The position numbers and the translations under genes are program-made. DNA of 33,672 nt. It comes from Candidatus Omnitrophota bacterium. GTDB lineage: Bacteria > Omnitrophota > Gorgyraeia > Zapsychrales > Zapsychraceae. The stretch is taken from NCBI GenBank assembly GCA_020430005.1, contig JAGQKQ010000001.1, positions 1 to 33,672 of the forward strand, given 5' to 3'. This document shows, one piece after another, positions 32,618 to 33,672 of the stretch (within the stretch, counting starts at the first letter, position 1; the number at the start of each line of letters is the position of its first letter). Below the pieces are notes generated by a model. The model saw only the letters and a program-made list of their open reading frames with translations, was not told the origin of the DNA and did not search any database.

Positions 32618-33672
32618 ACAAAAACCCGAATATTATCATTGGTTGAATATCATCTTTGTTATTTGTCTTGCACTATTGGCCTATGGTACGACATTAGGGC
32701 ATTCTTTTGTTTGGGACGATTTTTATCTGATTGTGGATAATGATTTTGTTAAGTCGTGGGACAATATCCACTTGCTGTTTAAGAATGATTATCTTACTCC
32801 GTTAAATAAGCTGGACTATACAGGAGAGATGTTTATCGGTTCCGGTGAGTTAAGTTATCGCCCGGTCAGCACATTATCCCATTTCGTTGAGTATCATTTC
32901 TGGAAACTTAATCCTTTTGGTTATCATTTGACCAACATGATTCTGCATACTATAAACGCGATTCTGGTTTATGCATTTGTTTGTTTACTCCGGCAACCTA
33001 AAAGAATATCGTTACTGACGTCGGTATTATTTGCTATTCATCCGGTTAATAGCGAAGTCGTTAATGTTATATCGTTCCGGGAAGATTTGCTGGTTGTATT
33101 TTTTGGTTTATTGGCTTTAATAGCATACCTTTTTCTATGTGAAAACAGAAAATACAATTTCTGGATATATTGTTCCTCGATGGTTTTTTATTTTCTGGCA
33201 TTATTTTCTAAGGAAATGGCTATTACAATTCCTTTTTTAATGCTCTTATCACGGTATTATGTCAAACAGGAAAAATTGTCCAAAGAAAGTTTTTGGCCTC
33301 ATATAAAAAAGTACGGCGGCGGATATATTATTCTTACGTTATTTTATTTATGGGTCTGGGCCTTTCCGATGGCGCGTAATACGGACTTGATGATTAATTA
33401 CTTTGATGGAAATGTATTAGTCCGTATTATGACGATGACTAAAGTTATTGGCGTCTATCTTGTCTGGTTGTGTTTTCCGGTAGATATTCATGCCACAATT
33501 TCCGACTATTCTTTTGTTGTTCGTTCTATTTCAGATCCTTATTTTTTGACCGCGGCTTTTTCTATCATATGTTTAACATTGTTTGTTTATCAATGGCGAC
33601 AACTCATGGCCTTTCTTTGTTTCGCAACGTTATGGTTTTGGATAACACTGTTACCGGTTCTTAATATAAAAC
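32604..33672 (+). CDS. PMT/TMTC-like GT-C membrane protein, 5' partial (runs off the window)
   Basis: It is missing from the ORF track because it has no stop codon in the window. My translation from the ATG at 32604 is open for 356 codons (MLSFRQKPEYYHWLNIIFVICLALLAYGTTLGHSFVWDDFYLIV...). It is a clear paralog of the N-terminal domain of 28831-31059: WDD vs YDD loop, HLTNMILH vs HVTNFSIH, FAIHPVNSEVV vs FATHPVCTQAV, FSKEMAITIPF vs FSKETSLTIPF. It overlaps the GT2 gene by 14 nt. Confidence 0.7.
   Translation, partial: MLSFRQKPEYYHWLNIIFVICLALLAYGTTLGHSFVWDDFYLIVDNDFVKSWDNIHLLFKNDYLTPLNKLDYTGEMFIGSGELSYRPVSTLSHFVEYHFWKLNPFGYHLTNMILHTINAILVYAFVCLLRQPKRISLLTSVLFAIHPVNSEVVNVISFREDLLVVFFGLLALIAYLFLCENRKYNFWIYCSSMVFYFLALFSKEMAITIPFLMLLSRYYVKQEKLSKESFWPHIKKYGGGYIILTLFYLWVWAFPMARNTDLMINYFDGNVLVRIMTMTKVIGVYLVWLCFPVDIHATISDYSFVVRSISDPYFLTAAFSIICLTLFVYQWRQLMAFLCFATLWFWITLLPVLNIK

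Noticed and set aside
33470-33664. 64-aa + strand ORF near the window end
   Set aside because: It is out of frame with, and fully inside, the long open frame starting at 32604. That frame is a clear paralog of the GT-C domain at 28831-31059.
1-33672. CRISPR arrays, tRNA/rRNA/tmRNA genes, transposases, integrases, prophage structural genes
   Set aside because: I scanned by eye for regularly spaced direct repeats, tRNA T-arm (GGTTCGAATCC-like) signatures, DDE/tyrosine-recombinase-like ORFs and large phage genes, and found none. The eye scan is not exhaustive, so tRNAscan-SE and cmsearch would be the definitive check.

Overview
This is an AT-rich bacterial chromosomal window. It probably comes from an uncultivated lineage: it has a prepilin-like gene, several GT-C/TPR membrane proteins and 'ATTCCCGC...GCGGGAAT'-type palindromes. 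That taxonomic guess is inference only. I support about 45 protein-coding genes, almost all on the + strand and packed into short-spaced operons. They fall into housekeeping genes (purN, rsmJ, hslR, M42 peptidase, TrmH-family methyltransferase, Ski2-like helicase), envelope and transport genes (MFS, Kv-type K+ channel, ChrA, DoxX, DUF481 barrel, MscS), a lipid/glycolipid operon (cls, GH15-like, GT4, DUF4019), an ECF sigma/anti-sigma/CpxP-like module, and a Ppm1-like GT2 plus PMT/TMTC-like GT-C/TPR cluster next to a prepilin-like gene. I saw no rRNA, tRNA, CRISPR array, transposase or integrase. The parts not explained by ordinary genes are: (1) a promoter, GC-rich structured leader and terminator/antiterminator unit upstream of an orphan receiver-only response regulator (28219-28462), carrying c-di-GMP-I (GEMM-I)-like motifs in an atypical arrangement; (2) a small accessory-looking island (9795-11011) that starts with a perfect 30-bp-arm hairpin element, followed by a consensus promoter overlapped by a perfect 20-bp palindrome, a small HTH gene, tiny ORFs and a terminator; (3) two copies of an ECF-type promoter motif (GAACTT-N15/16-GTCTAACT) that delimit the regulon of the local ECF sigma factor; (4) a two-receiver plus voltage-gated K+ channel operon with no kinase. 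All functional calls come from motif recognition by eye. No database search was possible.
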